DNA from: the human T2T-CHM13v2.0 reference genome, Homo sapiens
Reading direction: 5' to 3' (one strand)
Assembly (NCBI RefSeq): GCF_009914755.1
Contig: NC_060935.1
DNA length: 64,000 nucleotides
Below, piece by piece: positions 1 through 29,689 of this stretch. The translations under genes and the position numbers were made by a program. A model generated the notes under the pieces. It did no database searches. It saw only the letters and a program-made list of their open reading frames with translations, and was not told the origin of the DNA. How positions within the stretch are numbered: position 1 is the stretch's first letter; every line of letters starts with the position of its first letter.

Positions 1-211
1 CTTCAAATTTCTATCCTTATAGAAATGTACATACTCTCTTCCTTTCCAGCCTATTAACCTTTTCAGTACATATTGAAGTTTTCCTCTTCCCTTGTTTTTG
101 CCATTTAGTAGGAAAAGAAGGTAGATGAACACAGAAAAACGGAGAAAAGACAACACATTCAATAAGCAAACCAAATTATTAGATGCAGAACTCCAGTGAT
201 GTCCCACTTAC

Positions 212-388
212 TGCCAAAGCCAGTTGGTTTATTTTGTGCAAAGGCATTGTTTTGGGATGAGAAGAGACTGGTCCCTGTGCTTGCAGTTCCAAACAAGGTA
301 TTTGCTGTTCCTGTTGACGTACCAAACCCAAAGCCAGTGCTTGTGGAGGTAGCTGGCTGGCTAAATGAACTGGTTCCAAACAATCCTC
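212..388 (-). CDS. NUP98: NUP98 exon 4 (GGLFGTSSFSQPATSTSTGFGFGTSTGTANTLFGTASTGTSLFSSQNNAFAQNKPTGFG); gene continues off the left edge
   Basis: CAG acceptor at 391-389 after a pyrimidine tract, donor GTAAGT at 211-206; 177 nt; lies in ORF 159..383; preceding intron is only 106 nt. Confidence 0.96.
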
Positions 389-494
389 CTGAGGAGATGG
401 AGAAGGAGGGAAAAAGTTAAGTACATCAGAGCCACTAAGTCAATTCCTATACTAGCTACAAACAAACCAGTTATATCACAAATAAAGCCCCTAC

Positions 495-596
495 CTGGTT
501 TAGTCTGTGAATTTCCAAAGAGGCCTCCAGTATTGTTGCTAGAACCAAATGCAGATGTTCCAAATGCCCCTCCACTAGTAGTGCCAAAGCCAGTAT
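495..596 (-). CDS. NUP98: NUP98 exon 3 (NTGFGTTSGGAFGTSAFGSSNNTGGLFGNSQTKP), FG/GLFG repeats
   Basis: AG at 598-597, donor GTAGGG from 494; 102 nt, phase-compatible with exons 2 and 4. Confidence 0.96.
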
Positions 597-673
597 CTGA
601 AAAAGCAAAATCCAGAGTAAATTAGAATTTAGAATAAAATCTACGTAAGATGACCAAATGAAAAGGCATTTTA

Positions 674-1045
<372 letters not shown>

Positions 1046-1182
1046 TCAGAGTATGAATTACAGAGTAAAAACCAAGCCACAGACATTTTATTCATCGCCC
1101 CAGGGGAAGTATGAAAATTTAAAGTCAAAAGGAGTGACTTTTCAATAAAAGTTACAGATGTTCATAGGTTAAAAAAAAGTGC

Positions 1183-2547
<1,365 letters not shown>

Positions 2548-2733
2548 TTTTCATCAATTAGAGAAAAGTTTCTGGGATTTAATTTATTCTGTTAAGATGC
2601 TCTCCTCCTCCTGGAAAGAAAGAGATAAAAACAAGTCTGGGAAAATGCTGATTGTTAAAGTTGGGATATAAGTACATGAGAGTTCATTATACCATTCTTT
2701 CCAGACTTGGATGAGTATAAACATTTTTAACAA

Positions 2734-2790
2734 AGTGTCACAGCTCTTTTAGAATTTGTCTAGCAGGGTTTCTGGTTTTCACCAGGAAAC
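2734..2790 (+). pseudogene. U7 snRNA retropseudogene in NUP98 intron 2, antisense to NUP98
   Basis: AGTGTCACAGCTCTTTTAGAATTTGTCTAGCAGGGTTTCTGGTTTTCACCAGGAAAC closely matches recalled U7 snRNA, including the U7-specific Sm site AATTTGTCTAG and the 3' stem-loop. TSD aaa(c/a)atttttaacaaa at 2719-2734 and 2865-2880. Confidence 0.9.
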
Positions 2791-3379
2791 AAAATTTTTT
2801 TTTTGCAGAGGGGGTGGACTTTCTGGTTTTAAAAAAAAAAAAAAAAAAAAAAAAACACCTCCACAAAAATTTTTAACAAAAAGTTTAAATGTAAATAAGG
2901 ATTGCTTCAGGCAATTAGTCATACACGATACTGGGTAGGAAGGGAGGTAGATCTCCGGAGGGTTGATGGGAATTAGACACTTCCACATTTTAACATTTCT
3001 GTGACATGAATGTCACATCATGTTCACAGGGTAAATTCCAGGGCAGTTATTTCATAACTGCATTTTAGACTTCAACATTAAGAGAATTATTTTCTGGTCT
3101 GAAAATTAGTAACAAATTATAACTTTCTGTCAACCAAAATAATATAAATATTTTAAGTATCTTCTACTGACAATCAGAAGAAGGCCATGAAAACTTAGAA
3201 TTTATTTCTACTTTCTTAAAAACTGTTAAAGAGATCTTATCCTAATTATTTTTTCAAGACGACTTTGTTATAAATATGAAAGTAAAAATAAAATTCCCAC
3301 CTAAAGCTTATCAGAGTGGATTTGTTCTTAGTAAGGGAGATTAAGGTTTCTCCCTCTTTTGTCCTTTTTAAAAACTTAC

Positions 3380-3455
3380 TCTGTCCAAATGTTGAAGTTG
3401 TGCCAAAGCCACCTGTGCCACCCCCAAAGGGTGTTCCAAATGATTTGTTAAACAT
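3380..3455 (-). CDS. NUP98: NUP98 exon 2, coding part (MFNKSFGTPFGGGTGGFGTTSTFGQ + 1 nt); whole exon 3380-3483
   Basis: ATG at 3455-3453; matches the recalled Nup98 N-terminus; acceptor AG at 3485-3484, donor GTAAGT at 3379-3374; 76 coding nt. Confidence 0.97.
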
Positions 3456-4750
3456 CTTCAAAATGAGTCTTTGTTTCAGAAAGCTGGGAAAAAGAAAACA
3501 TTATCACTCTCTTAAAGACCACAAAATGGAATATAATTGTTTTAGAAAATCTATCATTCCACAAACTTAGGCCTATTCGAACTATAGTATATACTCTCAT
3601 TCAAAATCCTCAAACTGTATGATAAAATAAACCTTGTAAAATGATCTTTATAATCTACAATGTTCCTGAGCTGAACAGTAAGGTTAAACTTCATAATGTG
3701 AGGTTAAACTTCAGATCCCAACATTAACCATCCATTTAAAACAATGTTTTCAATCTTTTTTTTTTTTTAACCTAAGTCCCCTTTTTAATCAATAAATATT
3801 TCAGGTCTACAAGGCAAGATGTTTATATGATCCTCATAGGAGGTTATGAATCATATCCATCAAAAATTAAAACACAGTCTGCTAACCCAACCACCTAAAA
3901 AGCTAACATTTTTTTTTTTTTTTTTTTTTTGAGACAGAAGGACGTGCAGTGGCTCACTGCAACCTCCTCCTCCTTGGTTCAAGTTATTCTCCTGCCTCAG
4001 TCTCAGAGTACCTGGGATTACAAGCGTGTGTCACCATGCCTGTCTAATTATTTGTATTTTTAGTAGAGACAGGGTTTCACCATGTTGGCCAGGCTGGTCT
4101 TAAAAAAACTCCTGATCGAGTGATCCACCCACCTGGGTGCTGAGATTACACCACCAAAGTGCTGGGATTACAGGCGCAAACCACCGCACCCGGCCAAGGC
4201 TTTATTTTCCATAGTTTGCATTATAAAGTTTCTTTCTCCCCTACCTTCGAGGGATATAAAACATGGTAATAGTAAATGTTTTTCAAATTATGCATGCCCC
4301 GCCTTCTATCTCTAAATCCCAGAGATTCTGGTGCCCTGACATTCTCTTTGAGATTACGTTTTAAGACTATTCTCTATGGTCCCCTACTTATCTATCTTCT
4401 ACTTCTAAGATTACAGAAAAACCTTTGATGAAAATCCCTCACCTCTGGCCAGGCACAGTGGGCTCACACCTCTAATCCTGACAGCTTGGGAGGCTGAAGC
4501 GGGCTGATTGCTTGAGCCCAGGAGTTCGAGACCAGCCTGGGCAACATGGTGAAACCCTGTCTACAAAAAATCAAAGTTGGACTGGTGTGGTGACACGGGA
4601 CTGTAGTCCCAGCTACTCTGTTGGCTGAGGTGGGAGGAGCGCTTGAGCCCAGAAGGTGGAGGTTGCTGTGAGCCATTATCATGCCACTTCCCTCCAGCAA
4701 AGGTGATAGGGTGAGACAATGTCTCAAAAACAAATAAAAAAAACTGCTCA

Positions 4751-5082
<332 letters not shown>

Positions 5083-6170
5083 TTACTCCTGTATCCAAAC
5101 TATGCACCCGGTCATTTAAGGAACTGAACCAAACTGTTCCAAGAACGCCTACACAGAAAAGTTTGGTTCCCCCTGTCTGAATAAGAATAGCTTCATAGTG
5201 AAACACCCAAGAATGATCAATTAAAAAAAAATAAATAAAATAAAAATAAAAAATAGCTTCATAGTTTACTCAGAGCTTTCCCCCTCCACAAATTTTCCTT
5301 AAATTTAGATGCCTGCTACCTCTTTTCTGCTAGCAGACAATAAATTAATAAGTAAACTACTTTCAGCATAAAAACTCTGAAAACAGTCAATCATGCTCAT
5401 CTGGATTCTGTGACAGAGATGATGATTTTTCTATTATAGCCACACAATGTATGTAAAGAGTAGTCTTTTCTTCTAGGAAACTCAGGCCGTGTTCATATAA
5501 TAGAATTAAATATTGCATTTTGAGGTCTTCCCCAAATTCTAGTATCCCACTAACACTTCCAGTCATTCTAATAACCAAACATTTTGTGCAACACTGAAAA
5601 AGATAAGGCTGTCCCTTAAATAAATGCTTTACAGAAATATTCTCTCTCCTGAAATTTCCTAGGAAAAAAAATCAAATACTTAAGTTCTTTATCTCAATAT
5701 CCAAAAACTGAGTAACTCCTTTGATTAAACAAAGCTCACTAAAACCAGTGGTTCTAGAGGGCCACATCAGAATTAGGTGGCAAGCTTTTCAAAATACAAA
5801 CTCTGGCTGGTTACACTGGCTCACATCTGTAGATCCCAATGCTTTGGGAAGCTGAGGCAGGATGATCTGCTTAAAGCCAGACAAGCTTGGACAACACAGC
5901 AAGACTCTGTCTCTATTAAAAACAAAAAAAAAACAAAAAAAAACAAAAAACATGGTGCACACCTGTACGAAGCTCCAGCTACTAGTGAGGTTGAAGCTAG
6001 AGAATCACTTTAGCCCAGGAGTTCAGGCCTGCAGCAAGGTACAATGGTGCCACTGCACTCCAGCAAGCAAGCAAACAAACAAAAATACAAACCCCCAGGC
6101 TCCATTCTAGAAATATTGAACAAAAATGTCTAGGGCTGGGGTACAGACATTTGCATTCAGAAAAAGTTCA

Positions 6171-6609
<439 letters not shown>

Positions 6610-6804
6610 TCACGGCAATGACAGGCTGAAGCTTAGTAGCAATTCCCTCTATCTATCTCTCTTCTGTGAGAGCATGCACTCTCCAAAGTGCCACAATACC
6701 CACCATCACTCATTTACATCAACTGTCTGGTTCCTGTGGGTTTTCAGTTTGTGACTACTGACATAATCAGAGAAAGAACATGTAACACTTTACTTCCTCT
6801 ATTA

Positions 6805-7143
<339 letters not shown>

Positions 7144-8700
7144 CTATTTTCCATTCCATTTGGATTTTACTCCAAAAATGTAGTAAAATCCATTAAAAAA
7201 AAAAAGTAATCCTAGAGACAGAAATAAACCCATTAAAGTTTAAAGGCATATCACACTTGAGCCTTTATCCTTTCAAATATGTTAAACTGGCCCAAGCTGA
7301 AACCCCCACCAAGAATACAAGATAACATTTGAGTTTTTACTATGTCCCAGGCACTGTTCTAATGCTGCTTATGAATTATCTCATGTAAACCTCCCAAGAA
7401 TCCAACGATGTAGGTATTTTTATCTCTATTTTACAAGGAAGAAATTAAGGCACAAGAATCTATTTGCCCAAGACAAAGCTATCGTTGACCCCAGCGGCCA
7501 ATGCTTCTAGAGTCTAGAGCCTAGAGCTCCTAGAGAAAGAACATTGCCAATTAAAGGAAAATGACCTTGCATTCACTATAAATGGGGAACCTACAAAACC
7601 AACAATTGGTACTACAGATCCAGCACTATCAGGGAAAGACACTTCTCTGGCAAATATGGGAGTTCTAGTCATCAGAAATAATCTCTTTTATGGAGTAAGG
7701 ATAATTTATAAGGTATACCCATGGCAAAGATGAAATTTACAACAAAGATTAACCTTTCTCCTTTTTTTCTTTATGAATGGACTTATTTATACCCACTGCA
7801 GGTTTTTCTTTTTGATATATTTAAAAAGAAAAATGAAATAGTGTTATATAGAAAAGAAACCTTTAACTTTATCCTTAATTTTACTCTGTCCTCTATGCTC
7901 AAAAATCTCCTAATTAATAATTCAGATTCTCAGATACAAGAAGTAGCCTTATAATACACCCAGTAGTCCAATCAATGGACAGACATATATTCTGACACTG
8001 TCCAAACTGAAGTTCTATACACTGATATACTGTTTTACATATCTTAACTTTTGTGATCTCTGTGAACTCTGGGTACAATGACAAAACTTAGTTTTCTACC
8101 CAGAAAAGTAGTGGATATCCTGAAATGTGGTCAAAACGTTTACAACTCCAGGCAACTGTCAACTTTAAGACTATCTGAAAGACTATGCAAGCTTCCCAAG
8201 ACATTTCCAATTTGCTGCTAACTCCAGACGTAAATGGGAAGTAGTTTTTTCCTTTCCACTTCATTAAACTCCTTTGTATCAAAGCCAGCAAACAGCAAAA
8301 ACAATAAATATTTGTTAGATGAATGGACTGTATAGTACTTCCTACTTTACAAAGCATTTTTTCATACATCCTCTCATCTAACCTTCACAAAAATACTAGA
8401 AGAGCCAGGGATTATCACACACAGTTAAACTGAATGAAAATTTTTGCCCTAGATAAGAAAAGAGGGCTGGGAAACGAGGCTGGGTGGAATTCCAGGAAGA
8501 AGAGATTCATTAGCCTAGTGTAACCTAATAACATATCCCAACAAAACTATCTGGAACCTTCTGTTTTACAGTATCCTCCCTAGGATAGATCTTTGATCAA
8601 GCCATTCCCTTGGTTAGAACATCATATCCTCTCTAAGGCCGGGCACGGTGGCTCAAGGTCTGTAATCCCGGCACTTTGGAAGGCCAAGGTGGGCAGATCA

Positions 8701-8928
<228 letters not shown>

Positions 8929-9112
8929 TCATACCCTCTCTAAAAATCGTATCTCCTTTTCTTCCTAAAAATTGTTGCTCAAGCCTCACCTGCTTTCACA
9001 AGACTGCCGCACACCCTTAAACTCTTTATTAGTATAAAAACACTTTAAAGGCCGGGCACGGTGGCTCATGTCTGTAATCCCAGCACTCCGGGAAGCAGAG
9101 GCGGGCAGATCA

Positions 9113-9403
<291 letters not shown>

Positions 9404-9663
9404 TTAGTTATGCAATATATTTGTTATTATACCTGCCACCTGAGTGTTTTACCTGTCTGCTGCTCTGGGTAAAAAAAATGTCTTGACTTTGCTCACTGGG
9501 TGTAAATTAATTTTAAATAGTCCATAGCATCTTACATAAGCTCCTTCCTAATAGCACTGAGCAGCATTTTTTTCATCCCCTTAACATAACCCTAATCATT
9601 TTAGAGTGAAGAGTATATTAGCTTTGGTGTGAGACATCTGTATTTAAAACTGTCACTCGGCTA

Positions 9664-9795
<132 letters not shown>

Positions 9796-9986
9796 CTACA
9801 TGCCTGTAATCCCAGCTACTCAGGAGGCTGAGGCAGGAGAACTGCTTGAACCTGGGAGGTGGAGGTTGCTGTGAGCCCAGATTGCGCCACTGCACTACAG
9901 CCTGGGTGACAAGAGTGAAATTCTGTCTCCAAAAATAAATAAATAAATAAATTTCTAAAAGTGAAAGGATATATACCTAACTATTA

Positions 9987-10314
<328 letters not shown>

Positions 10315-10815
10315 TTACCATCATTGACTCTTAAAATCTAAAGTTAATTCAAAATAAAAAGTTAAAAAAATAAAAAATTCCTCTGCCACTTGCTACTGTA
10401 AGTCATAATATTCAATCTCTCAGACCTCAATTTCTACATCTGAACAATAGGGATTGTACAGCCTACACCAAAAGACTGGTAGGAGGACAAAGCTGCCTCA
10501 AACTAGAGCTCCTCAAAAGCAGCATTTTGTTTATTTTTCAACAGGTATTTTACAGGTATTTATAATTTAAAAAGCATAATAAATGTCCCCTCACTCTAAA
10601 CTTTGGTTCAATGGCTAGCTAGAATGCCATAATTTCTTATTTCTCAATGCTTAAGTGTCATCCACTGATCACTCAGCACAAGCATAAAGCACCACTGCAA
10701 ACAAAAACAAATCCCATCCCTGCACAAACACAATATATTGAGATTACTATGATCATTCAACCTCTTCCATCTATCTCACATCTCTGTCTTTATTCCCAAC
10801 TATCCATCTTTTTAA

Positions 10816-11028
<213 letters not shown>

Positions 11029-11759
11029 TAACTCCTGGACTCAAGCCATCTTCCTGCTTTGGCCTCCTAAAGTGCAGGGATTATAGGTGAGCCCCTGTGC
11101 CAGGCCCATTTACTTATTTTTTATTTATTTATTTTTTTGAGACAGTCTTGCTCTGTTGCCAGGCTGGAGTGCAGTGCAGTGGCATGATCTCAGCTCACTG
11201 CAACCTCTGCCTCCTGGGTTCAAGCGATTTCCCTGCCTCAGCCTCTCGAGAAGATGGGACTACAGGCACCCACCACTATACCGGGTTAATTTTTTGTATT
11301 TTAGTAGACATGGGGTTTCACCAAGTTGGCCAGGATGGTCTCGATCTTCCGACCTCGTGATCCGCCCACCTCAGCCTCCCAAAGTGCTAGCATTACAGGC
11401 GTGAGCCACGGCACACAGCCCCATTTACCTATCAAGAAGGTTGAGTGTGCAAATACTAGTAAGCTCTGTGTCAAACGAAGTAAAATTAAAGATGTGAAGT
11501 GATGAGTGACTGTAACATTTACTGAGGATGAACTGTTCCCTTCACGAACAGACCAGCCCTAATTCAGGTGCTCAATTCTTTTCCCCTTGACTAATGATTT
11601 TCAAATATTTTTTAGCCATGAAACCCGACATATAAAACAGACATAAGCAGAAGCTGCTCTGGCTGAAGTGAAGAGGGAGTAGGTACAGTAGAACCCCACC
11701 AGCTCTGCCCTATGAAGCAGCTTAGGGCTCTATGAACCAATGTGAAATATTGTTCTAGA

Positions 11760-14630
<2,871 letters not shown>

Positions 14631-15024
14631 GGTCTTCTTTTTATGATATGGAGTCTTGCTCTGTCACCCAGGATGAAGCACAGTGGTGCAATCTGCGCTC
14701 ACTGCAACCTCTGCCTCCTGGGTTCAAGCGATTCTCTGCCTCAGCCTCCCAGTAGCTGGGACTACAGGTGCGTGTCACTGTGCCCAACTAATTTTTCTAT
14801 TTTTAGTAGATTCAGGGTTTCACCATATTAGCCAGGATGGTCTCAAACTCCTAACCTTGTGATCCACCCGCTTCAGCCTCCCAAAGTGCTGGATTACAGG
14901 TGTGAGCCACCACACCCGGCCAGCTACCACTATATTTTTAAGAATTTTTCTTTCCTTACTAAAAAAAACTGCAAGTATTTCCCATTACACTGAATTAAGT
15001 ACAAATTCCTCAATGTGGTAATTA

Positions 15025-15304
<280 letters not shown>

Positions 15305-15351
15305 TCAAAAAATAAATAAATAAATAAATACATGTGAAATATTTTCACTAA

Positions 15352-15550
15352 AGTAGTAGTCTCAATCAAGGGCAATTCTGACAATTTCTTCAGACATTCC
15401 TGATCGTTACAACCTGCAGAGGATGTGTTATGGGTATCTAATGGGTAGAGGTAGGAATGTTGCTAAATATCCTACAATATACAACAGAGCCCCCACGATA
15501 ATTATCTGGCCCAAAGTCTCAAAGTTCCAAAGCTGAGAAACCTTTCTCTA
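15352..15550. mobile_element. MER20-like DNA transposon fossil
   Basis: Recalled MER20 motifs gggtagagg..ggaatgttgctaaatatcctacaat and aattatctggcccaaa...gctgagaaacc. Confidence 0.7.
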
Positions 15551-15551
15551 G

Positions 15552-15930
<379 letters not shown>

Positions 15931-16514
15931 TAGGATTACAGGCGTGAACCACCACACCACGCCTTTGTTTTAAGACAGGGCCTCACGCAGTTTCCCAGGC
16001 TGGAAAGCAGTGGTGCAATCACAGCACTGCAGTCTCAATCTTCCAGGCTCTGATGTTTCTTTGATTTCAGCCTCCTAAGTAGCTGGAGTACAGGTGCATG
16101 CCACCATACCTGCCTAATTTTTGTATTTTTCGTAGAGACAGGGTTTCCCCATGTTGCCCAGGCTAGTCTTGAACTTCTGGGCTCAGGAAATCCACCTGCC
16201 TTGACCTTTGAAGTGCTGGGATTACAGTAGTCAGTCACCATGCTCAGCCAATACTTATCCTTAAATCTCTGAGTTTCTTAGTTCCCTAACCTTTCAACAA
16301 ATTACATAACTGCATAGTCTCATTATTGGAAATTAAACATTAGTACCATCATTCTTTACTTTCCAGGTTAACTACCACCACATAAATCATATTACAAGAA
16401 AATAATATAATTTTTTCAAAGCCGTAAATTTAGTTCCTTAAAAATTCTACTTGCTCTTAGTTATCTAGGACCTAGTAGACATAAAGTCAGGTACTGGCTG
16501 GGCACAGTGGCTCA

Positions 16515-16775
<261 letters not shown>

Positions 16776-18736
16776 CTATCTCATAAATAAATAAACAAAT
16801 AAATGTCAGGGACCAAAGTATCACATAACATATAAACAGCAGGAACTATCTTATCTGGGCCCCATATTTCAGGAGCCTCTCTATTGACTACTGTTAGGTA
16901 TAACTCCTCCATATTTGTCTATTCATTCAAGTAAACACACTTACTGAGGGCCTACTATGTGGCAAGCAACTGGACAACAAAGATAAGATGAAAATATTTT
17001 ACCAGCCTAATTAAAAAAACAGCTAAAATAAAAATGATATGTGCTATAAATAGAAATATCAAATAAGTGTTATGGAAGCTTGCAGAGAAGAGAATGCCAA
17101 GAAAAGCTTCCCAGAAGAGGGTGATGCCTGAACTGAGAAAATGTCACGGAAAACATACCCTGTTCACGCTTTACTATTTAGACTACGGTTCTCTTCTGCA
17201 CTACTAGTTCTGAGTTTATGCTTTGTCATCTATACAAGAACAAAGTAACAATCTTACTGATGTGTACAGAACCAAGTGTCAACTAATTCAATTTCATCAA
17301 ATCTGAAGAGTCAAAAAGAATAATTTTACCCAAGTATTTCCCAGTACCTTTATCCTGTCCAACCTCTAGTTTTGGTTTTTAAATACCCTAACTTCCTCCA
17401 CCAGGTAAACATACTGTAACCCAGTTAACTCGAGTTTCTTTTCGAATTTGTAAGACCGTCACAGGGAATGATCACTGCTCTCTTTTTGCTCTTTATTCCA
17501 GTTAGCTTCTTCCTCCAAAACGGAGTTTTATTTCCTCACCTTATTCTACTATAATACTTCACTTTGAATTCTGTACCTGAAAGGAGCCATGAGTTCCGAG
17601 GTACAACTACTACAAACGGACTCCTACCTGGCTTTCTAAGTCTTATCAATATTTCCTGCTTTCTATTCCAGTACTGTTATAAATCCCTAACTGACTCCGA
17701 GTCCTCATCAGCTGACACAAGTCAAAAAATTCAGATTTAGAAAGGGAAACAATGGCTTGTAGTTTTACCGATTTGTTTCCGATACATAACAACGCTGACG
17801 TTCTTTAACCATCTTCTAAGTTTAGTTCTCAAGCTCTAGGTTAGGGTACCACTAACGAAGCTTCCACCTTACCCGTGAACAGAGCTGGTAGCAACTAAAC
17901 GGAAAACGCTGTGAAGACTACATCTACGTTTAGCTACCTAATGTCCATGCCGCACCGACCTCCTAAAGGGAATTCTTAATAATGGGAGACTGAAATATCC
18001 AGGGAGGGTGAGGTAGTAGAAAACTGTTTAGACTGTCAAAAATCTGGCATTGGCTAATCCTGCCTGTTACTCCGGGCCTCGGTTTCCCCATCTACAAAAC
18101 TGATGTAAGGTAGGGGGATTGACTTAAACAATTTCTAAAGTCCTTATGGCTATAGTAATCCAGAAACTCAATCTGTCTCCTCATCTGGCTTTACACTGAA
18201 CACGTGGGAAAATAGAAAAGAACCTTTTGCTCCACCGAACCGACTCCTATTCTCAGATATTATCTTAAAAATCTCCCAAACTTCGGACTCACCCTAATCC
18301 TCGGGGTGCCCACTTCCCTTATGGAGAAGCCAAGGCAAATAAAGCCCAGTCCCACATGACGGTCAAGGAAGTGCGGGGCAGACCGTATTCAGGGTTTCAA
18401 GGCGCTGACCCCGGAAAGGCCAGCCCACCGTGGGGTCCTTACACCACTGAATGAATGAGTACAACCAGACAGACACCCACTCGCGTGGGCAGCAACTGGA
18501 GACCTCCAGGCCTAGACCCCACTGATGTCCATTCTCTCCCAGGGCCTCCAAAGCCGGGCCTCCCGGGCTCCGGGCCCCCGGGTCCTCAGCACCGCCCCTC
18601 TCTCAGGCCAGAAGGTGCGCGCAGCGGCGCTAGACTTCGAAGCGGAGAGGCCCTGAGACGCCCCGCGCGTCCGCCCGCCCGGAAGGGGGGAGAAACCTGC
18701 CGGTCTCGGCCGCTGCAGCTCGGGCTCCCGACTTAC

Positions 18737-18900
18737 CGCGGTTCGGTGGGGAAGGGGAAGTGTCAGGAGTCCCCTGCTGCCACCCGCCGCTCACAGAGCA
18801 GCGCGCGGCCCCCACGAAACCGTCGCCGCCGCCGCTACCACCCCTGCCACCGACCGCCGCTTCGGGCGCAGCGCGCAGAGGGCCCGACTGCGTCACACGC
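18737..18900 (-). other. NUP98: NUP98 non-coding exon 1 (5' UTR); TSS end approximate
   Basis: GC-rich CpG-island sequence ending at a consensus minus-strand donor CG|GTAAGT (plus-strand acttac 18731-18736); joins the acceptor at 3484-3485 just upstream of the NUP98 ATG. Confidence 0.85.
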
Positions 18901-19180
18901 CGCCCGGCGTCAGAGGCTCGTTGCGGACGCTCCGCCCTCGCCGTCCGCGAATTGGTGGACGCGGCCGCCACTCTGGGTCGACCCTGTTATTCATTGGGCA
19001 ACGCGTCTTTTGAAACCGAACTGAAGGGGGAAGGGGCGAGAGGGAAGAGGAGGGGCAGAAGGAGTTCGGGGAGGCACAGGGTAGGAGCGGTGAGAGGGCC
19101 GTGGAGTCCCGCCCCTCGCCGCCGCGGTTGGCGGGAGCGTGTCGTGACGTCACACAGGGCCTCTCGAAGTGGGCTTGTGA

Positions 19181-19319
19181 ATGGCTAGATTGGGAAGCAC
19201 CGGCGGGGTGTCGGGAAGGGTGGTGACGCAACATAGAGACTCCGCCCCCTTCCTTGGAGCGCCGCGACTCGGGCTGAGGGAGCTCGGGCCAATCAGAGGG
19301 ACGGCCCCAGAATGGCATG
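19181..19319 (+). CDS. PGAP2: PGAP2 distal first exon with upstream ATG (MARLGSTGG...APEWH), N-terminal extension of long isoforms
   Basis: ATG 19181; donor G|GTAACT at 19320; in frame with the main ATG (32598) through the 22-nt exon at 29632-29653. Confidence 0.6.
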
Positions 19320-19661
19320 GTAACTATTCGACCCTTTCCTTGCCCCGGTCCGCCGGCGCTGCTGGGAAGGCTTCCTAGTCTCTCTGCCCGCACTTCCCGC
19401 CCAGACCACGTGCGGAGCCTGAGGGCCCTCTTGGAAGGTCTGTCTGTCCAAAGAGTTTGCCCGAGGCTTCTTCAGGGCCCTAAATCCTGACCCTATTCTC
19501 TCCTGACCCATGCTCGCCCCAGCACTTTCTTTCCCTCCCTGAATTTCTAGGATGGACATTAGGAGCATTAGAGATGCCCTAAGGGACTGGCCCACCAAAG
19601 GGCCTGGTACAAATGAGGATTGTTGGAACGTCTTTCCCAGCTGCACGTGGAGAACCCCTAA

Positions 19662-28945
<9,284 letters not shown>

Positions 28946-29631
28946 CTCACAGGGTTTTTATGAGGATTAAATAAATGAGATAAGAAGTAAGAGTGCCTGG
29001 GATATACTGGGTGTTCAGAATGTGTTATTGCTGTGAGGATTTAAGTGGAAAAGTGCGATGTTAGGTATGGCTAACTTAGAGGTCCTCCACCCGCTGCAGA
29101 TGCTCTGACTACCCACCAGTGTGCTTGCAGGAGGAATTCTTGGTCCCTTCACCCTCCTTCCCTGTTGGGCTGGGATGGTCTTTGCAAAGGGAGCCAGGGG
29201 TCCCCCTCAAGTTCTTTCATGGGTCAGTCATGGTCAGGGTAGGGAGGGAACTCTGGCAGCTGGTTTTGGGGGATCAATCCTCTCATTGTGGGGAGACCCA
29301 AGGCTGGTGGCTGGAAATCCTTTCTGCGCTACGTAGGACAGGGCGCCCTCTCCTGAACAAAGGCGGGAACAGCTCTAGGCCAGAGTTTCTGGGATGTGCC
29401 TCACCGGGTCTCACTGCCTGCAAAGGTGCTCTTCCCATTGCTGAAATGTCCCCAACCGCCCTGACGAGCAAAGTTTGGGGGAGGGGCGCCAGGGCTGGGA
29501 GGAAACTGGCTTAATGTTTCAGAAGGCCGAGGCTGGATAGTTCGGTTAGAATGGAGGTGCGAGGCAGGAGAGACGGGCGGATGAGAAAGAAATCCGGCCC
29601 CTGTTGAATTAATTTTGTGTTCTTTCAACAG

Positions 29632-29653
29632 GTAGATGGAACGCAGCTGAGAG
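29632..29653 (+). CDS. PGAP2: PGAP2 22-nt microexon (GRWNAAER junction peptide)
   Basis: Acceptor ttttgtgttctttcaacag and donor GAG|GTAAGG; restores the frame between 19319 and 32588. Confidence 0.65.
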
Positions 29654-29689
29654 GTAAGGCGACAAGGTGGCTTATCCAACATGCTCAAA

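Larger units (their letters stand above)
18540..19450. promoter_or_regulatory. CpG island, bidirectional NUP98/PGAP2 promoter
   Basis: High GC and CpG content; palindromic CRE GTGACGTCAC 19144-19153; TGACGCAA 19224-19231; CCAAT box 19289-19293; GC boxes; TTCCCGCC near 19394; outward-facing splice donors on both strands (18736 minus, 19320 plus). Confidence 0.9.

Noticed and set aside
18455-19393. Long Arg/Pro/Gly-rich ORFs on both strands (also 29691-30317 and 61936-63159)
   Set aside because: Stop-codon scarcity in GC-rich CpG islands; no recognisable domains. Only the 19181 start is kept, because of its splice-frame logic.
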